The position numbers were made by a program, and so were the translations under genes. DNA of 25,023 nt from Kofleriaceae bacterium (lineage in GTDB: Bacteria; Myxococcota_A; Polyangia; Haliangiales; Haliangiaceae): NCBI GenBank assembly GCA_046597055.1, contig JBKJLC010000286.1, forward strand, positions 1 through 25,023. Reading direction: 5' to 3'. How positions within the stretch are numbered: the stretch's first letter is position 1; each line of letters opens with the position of its first letter. Below the pieces are notes generated by a model. The model was given only the letters and a program-made list of their open reading frames with translations, had not been told where the DNA came from and searched no databases. This document shows positions 17,184 through 25,023 of the stretch, one piece after another.

Positions 17184-17930
17184 ATGACCACCGTGGCGAT
17201 CATCCAGGCGCGCATGGGCAGCACCCGGCTCCCCGGCAAGGTGCTCGAGAGGTTCGCCGGCAAGACCGCGCTCGATCACTGCGTCGAGCGGACCCGCCGC
17301 TGCCCGCGGCTGGACGAGGTCGTGATCGCGACCACCCCGGCGCCGGCCGACGACGCCATCGTCGCGGTCTGTCGCGAGCGCGGCTGGCGGCACGTCCGCG
17401 GCTCCGAGCTAGATGTGCTCGATCGCTATTACCAGGCGGCGCGCGCGACCGCCGCTGATCACGTGGTGCGCATCACCAGCGACTGCCCGCTGATCGATCC
17501 CTCGGTGCTGACCGGGTTGTTCGACGCCTATCGCGCCGACCCCGAGGTCGACTACGCCAGCACGGTGTGGCCGCATCCGACCTTCCCCAACGGCATCACC
17601 GCCGAGGTGGTCCGGTTCGGCGCGCTCGAGCAGGCCTGGCGCGAGGATCACGACCCGGCGTGGCGCGAGCACGTCACCCCCTACCTCTACCGCCATCCTG
17701 ACCGGTTCCGCCTGCGCGGTTACCCGGCTGACGCCGACTGCTCGCACCACCGCTGGACCCTCGACACGCCCGAGGATGCGGCGCTCCTTCGCAAGATCTT
17801 CGATCACTTCGCCGACAATCTGTTCGGCTGGCGCGAGGTGCTGGCGCTGGTCGAGCAGCATCCCGAGTGGCAGGCCCTCAACGCCAGCATCGTGCAGAAG
17901 CGGGTGCCCCCGGCCGGTCAGGCGGTGTAG
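17184..17930 (+). CDS. SpsF-type cytidylyltransferase (candidate CMP-nonulosonate synthetase, PseF role; 248 aa; start re-called at 17184)
   Basis: IIQARMGSTRLPGKVL, RGSELDVLDRY, VRITSDCPLIDP, REHVTPY, RWTLDTPED. Confidence 0.9.
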   Translation: MTTVAIIQARMGSTRLPGKVLERFAGKTALDHCVERTRRCPRLDEVVIATTPAPADDAIVAVCRERGWRHVRGSELDVLDRYYQAARATAADHVVRITSDCPLIDPSVLTGLFDAYRADPEVDYASTVWPHPTFPNGITAEVVRFGALEQAWREDHDPAWREHVTPYLYRHPDRFRLRGYPADADCSHHRWTLDTPEDAALLRKIFDHFADNLFGWREVLALVEQHPEWQALNASIVQKRVPPAGQAV

Positions 17931-18988
17931 AGCTGGTCGGCCCGATCGGCGTACTCCTTCAGCTGCGAGGCGACATACAGGATCAGCTGCGGCGTCAGCC
18001 CGAGCGCGTCGGCGCTCTCCTGGACGTCAGGGATGAGGCCGGGAAGATAGCGCGGGTTGACCCGGATCTCGTTCATCCCCGAGACCAGGCGGACGATATG
18101 AAAGTCCCGGTCCGGCAGCAGCTCGGTGCCCCTCAGGCCATGGTGGGAGTCGCACAGGCCGATGAAGAACGGGGGGAGGCTCCAGCGCTTCATGGCCTCG
18201 GCCCCGATCGACAGGTGGACCTCCTCGAGCACGCGCTCGACGCGGTCGTCGGGGATCGGCGAGGGGATCTTGCCCGACACGACCAGCGCGGCCAGGGCGC
18301 GTAGCGCCAGCGTCTTGCCGACGTCGTGCAGCATCCCACCGAGGAACGAGTGATCCAGGCTGCCTCGGCCCCGGTCCATGGCGAGCCAGCCGGCCGTGAA
18401 CGCGCAGGTCATGGAGTGATGCCACAGCGCGCGGGCCTGGGATACGAACTGCTCGTCGGCGACCCGGGTCTCCATGTCGAACAGCGTGCGGGTCGAGGCG
18501 GCGGCGGCGATGCCGGCCACCTCGCGCGCGCCCAGCCGTTGCACGGCATCGCGAATGTCGAGAGGGTTGGAGCTGCGCGCGTAGAAGACCGAATTGGCCG
18601 CGCGCAGGACGTCGGCCGAGATCGTGGGATCCTGATGGATCAGATTGACCAGATCTTGCAAATTGAAGTCCGGGTGCTCGAGCAGTGAAAAGATCTTGGT
18701 CGCGATCGGAGGGAACGCCGACAGCGTGTCCCATGACTCCTCGCATCGCGTCTGGACGGCGTCGGCCCAGCTGGCCAGCTCGTCGAACGGCGCGGGCTCG
18801 GGGATGTGTCGGTCCTCGGCCGGAAATGTAGATAGCGCCGTCCAGTCGAACGGAGGCTGCTCGGAAGAGCCCTTCTCGGACCGCTTCGACTTCGCGGTTG
18901 GACGTTGGACCTTCGCGGCCGCGGGCTCGCCAGGCCGAGCCCGACTCTGTGCACGCTTCCGGTAGAATCGCTTGATCCACCCGAGCAT
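17918..18988 (-). CDS. HDOD domain protein
   Basis: FPPIATKI, DPTISADVLRAANS.FY, AVQRLG, LWHHS, GMLHDVGK, WSLP. Convergent 13-nt overlap with the cytidylyltransferase gene. Confidence 0.92.
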   Translation of the reverse strand: MLGWIKRFYRKRAQSRARPGEPAAAKVQRPTAKSKRSEKGSSEQPPFDWTALSTFPAEDRHIPEPAPFDELASWADAVQTRCEESWDTLSAFPPIATKIFSLLEHPDFNLQDLVNLIHQDPTISADVLRAANSVFYARSSNPLDIRDAVQRLGAREVAGIAAAASTRTLFDMETRVADEQFVSQARALWHHSMTCAFTAGWLAMDRGRGSLDHSFLGGMLHDVGKTLALRALAALVVSGKIPSPIPDDRVERVLEEVHLSIGAEAMKRWSLPPFFIGLCDSHHGLRGTELLPDRDFHIVRLVSGMNEIRVNPRYLPGLIPDVQESADALGLTPQLILYVASQLKEYADRADQLYTA

Positions 18989-18994
18989 GGACCG

Positions 18995-19003
18995 AGCGTA
19001 CCA
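18995..19003 (-). promoter_or_regulatory. Extended -10 promoter, leaderless geometry (HDOD gene)
   Basis: Minus strand TG-g-TACGCT-cggtcc-ATG; no Shine-Dalgarno. Confidence 0.6.
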
Positions 19004-19255
19004 CCGATGGCGAGGTCGCCGCGGCGGCCGACCGGGGCCGGCTCGCCGTGGCCATCGTCATCCAGCACCGCTCCGGCGGCACCCGCGCGGACCGCGTTCA
19101 TGGCCTCTCGATGCCGAACGGCGGAACGACCGTCAAGCCGGAGCGCTGGCCAGGCACGCGCGGACGACCGCATCGCGCGGGGTGGAGGCGAGCGCGGGCC
19201 AGCTCGGGAGCTAGAACGCGAGGCGCCCACGTCGAGGTCGATCCCCGGCCAGGCG

Positions 19256-20365
<1,110 letters not shown>

Positions 20366-20393
20366 GTTCAGGGCATCAGCGAAATCGCCGCCC

Positions 20394-20422
20394 TAGGTAA
20401 TGCGCCCGAAGGGCAAAGTCAA
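20394..20422 (-). promoter_or_regulatory. Putative sigma70-family promoter of dnaJ
   Basis: Minus strand TTGACT-N17-TACCTA, ending 28 nt upstream of the ATG. Confidence 0.5.
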
Positions 20423-20509
20423 TCCCAACCCCCCTGACGGGGGGGCGGCACTTCGTGCCGGCGGGCGACGCCCGCGTTGGGCTTGCGCTTCGCGAGCCTA
20501 CGACCCTCC

Positions 20510-20518
20510 TGCTATGGT
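20510..20518 (+). promoter_or_regulatory. Extended -10 promoter, leaderless geometry (glnE)
   Basis: TG-c-TATGGT-cccgcc-GTG(20525); no Shine-Dalgarno. Confidence 0.6.
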
Positions 20519-20524
20519 CCCGCC

Positions 20525-23521
<2,997 letters not shown>

Positions 23522-23575
23522 CCCCGTGTCGGTCGAAGTCCGACCGATCTGTGCCTGAACACGTCGACGATCGAG

Positions 23576-23604
23576 TTGATGTGCCGGGCGGTGGTTGGTA
23601 TGAA
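23576..23604 (+). promoter_or_regulatory. Sigma70-type promoter with extended -10, leaderless geometry (ilvE)
   Basis: TTGATG-N17-TATGAA, with TG at 23596-23597 and 6 nt (ccgaac) to the ATG at 23611. Confidence 0.65.
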
Positions 23605-23610
23605 CCGAAC

Positions 23611-24531
23611 ATGGGCATTCAAAAGGTCGAGTCGATCTGGGTCGATGGGAAGCTCGTCGCGTGGGACGACGCCACCGACCACGTGCTCGCGCACACGCTG
23701 CACTACGGCGTCGGCGCCTTCGAGGGCATCCGCGCCTACCAGCGCACCGACGGGCGCACCCAGATCTTCCGGCTGCGCGAGCACATCGATCGGCTGTTCG
23801 ACTCCTCGCATATCTGCACGATGGACGTGCCCTACTCGCGCGAGCAGGTCATGGAGGCGTGCGCCGAGGTGGTCCGCACCAACAAGCTGTCCTCGTGCTA
23901 CCTGCGCCCGCTGGTCTATCTCGGCTCGGGCGCGCTCGGCCTGGGCTCGTTCGAGCCGCCGGTGCGCACGATCGTCGCCGCCTTCGCGTGGGGCTCGTAC
24001 CTCGGAGACGAGGGCCTCAAGCAGGGCATCCGCTGCGTGATCAGCGGCTTCACCCGGGCCAACGGCAACGCCATCATGAACAAGGGCAAGATCTGCGGTC
24101 AGTACGTGACCTCGGTCCTCGCCAAGCGCCTCGCGCTCAAGAGCGGCTTCGACGAGGCGCTCATGCTCGACCCGCAGGGCTACGTCGCCGAGGGCACCGG
24201 CGAGAACATCTTCGTGGTCAAGGGCGGCGTGGTCCGCACCCCGCCGACCTCGGCGGCGATCCTGGCCGGCATCACCCGCGATACCGCCATCACGCTCTTG
24301 CGCGAGCAGGGCGTCGAGGTCCGCGAGGACATGGTCGCCCGCGACGAGCTGTACACCGCCGACGAGATCTTCCTCACCGGCACCGCCGCCGAGATCACGC
24401 CGGTGCGCGAGGTCGATCACCGCAAGGTCGGCCGCGGCGAGTGGCCGATCACGCGGGCGCTGCAGGAGTCGTTCTTCGCGATCGTCAAGGGTGGCGATCA
24501 GAAGCACGACGGCTGGCTGCACCACGTCTGA
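23611..24531 (+). CDS. ilvE: Branched-chain amino acid aminotransferase IlvE (306 aa; start re-called at 23611)
   Basis: LHYGVGAFEGIRAY, FRLREHIDRL, YLRPL, PLP lysine in KGKICGQY, EGTGENIF, LAGITRD, GTAAEITP. Confidence 0.97.
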   Translation: MGIQKVESIWVDGKLVAWDDATDHVLAHTLHYGVGAFEGIRAYQRTDGRTQIFRLREHIDRLFDSSHICTMDVPYSREQVMEACAEVVRTNKLSSCYLRPLVYLGSGALGLGSFEPPVRTIVAAFAWGSYLGDEGLKQGIRCVISGFTRANGNAIMNKGKICGQYVTSVLAKRLALKSGFDEALMLDPQGYVAEGTGENIFVVKGGVVRTPPTSAAILAGITRDTAITLLREQGVEVREDMVARDELYTADEIFLTGTAAEITPVREVDHRKVGRGEWPITRALQESFFAIVKGGDQKHDGWLHHV

Positions 24532-24869
24532 GCAGGGGCTCAGGGCACGAGCGTCAGGTCGGACTGGAACGGCCGCGCGCAGCCGAGCCAGGCGTCCCAG
24601 AACCGGAAGCGCAGCCGATCGCCGTCGCGACGGAGGTCGGTGATGAGCCCGGGCTGGATCGACTGCGGCCCGAAGTAGATCGCGAGGCTTGCCACGCCAC
24701 CGGTCGGGTTGGCGCCGCGGGATGTTCGTGGGTTGCAGATCACACGCGCGACGGAGACATGCGCCAAGTCACCGACGGCAAAGCGGACAGACCACTATTG
24801 TACAGCGAGCATGGTTCGCGATAAAAGACCGTGGCCACTTCACCGATTCACCAGACTTGGGGGTCCCCG

Positions 24870-25023
24870 ATGAGACTAGCTATTCGTACTCCTGCCCTCG
24901 TGGGCGCCATCCTCTCGCTTGGTCTGGTCGCCTGCGGAGGCGGCGATGGCGATGACGAAGGTGGCGGCACGGTCAATCCGAACGGCACCAACCACACCTA
25001 CGTGGTCAGCGCGGTCGACCTGC
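24870..25023 (+). CDS. Putative lipoprotein, N-terminal fragment (runs off the right edge)
   Basis: Not in the ORF track; hand translation MRLAIRTPALVGAILSLGLVAC-GGGDGDDEGGGTVNPNGTNHTYVVSAVDL with an LVAC lipobox. G-run 6 nt upstream of the ATG. Confidence 0.8.
   Translation, partial: MRLAIRTPALVGAILSLGLVACGGGDGDDEGGGTVNPNGTNHTYVVSAVDL

Noticed and set aside
19004..19255. Small ORFs between the HDOD gene and dnaJ
   Set aside because: No motifs or convincing start signals; treated as intergenic.

Overview
Very GC-rich bacterial DNA. Lipoproteins with Cys-rich and Asp-Ala-Gly repeats suggest a myxobacterium (Myxococcota); this is an inference, not a proven assignment. Positions 1-15745 are a minus-strand flagellar region. 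In transcription order it holds a FleQ/FlrA-like sigma54 activator with no N-terminal domain, an atypical stand-alone receiver, a short flgM, an overlap-coupled fliL-pseI-pseH-methylase-maf-flhG/minD block, motA-motB, a putative small outer-membrane protein, a Cys/DAG-repeat lipoprotein, and flgB-flgC-fliE-fliF-fliG-fliH-fliI (fliI runs off the left edge). Next come an Asp-box (sialidase-fold) gene divergent from an SpsF/PseF-type cytidylyltransferase, an HDOD gene, dnaJ, glnE, ilvE and the start of a lipoprotein. Three signals stand out. (1) Promoter-like motifs of three sigma classes sit at fixed, very short distances from start codons that lack Shine-Dalgarno sites: three sigma54 motifs each exactly 14 nt from the start, three extended -10 motifs each exactly 6 nt from the start, and one sigma28 motif. 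This implies leaderless or near-leaderless mRNAs. (2) A pseudaminic-acid-type flagellin glycosylation module is embedded in the structural operon, with a nearby signal-less sialidase-fold protein as a candidate eraser or recycler. (3) The master regulator may be split into a headless activator plus a separate pseudo-receiver. Many start coordinates were corrected by hand relative to the ORF track. No database searches were run.
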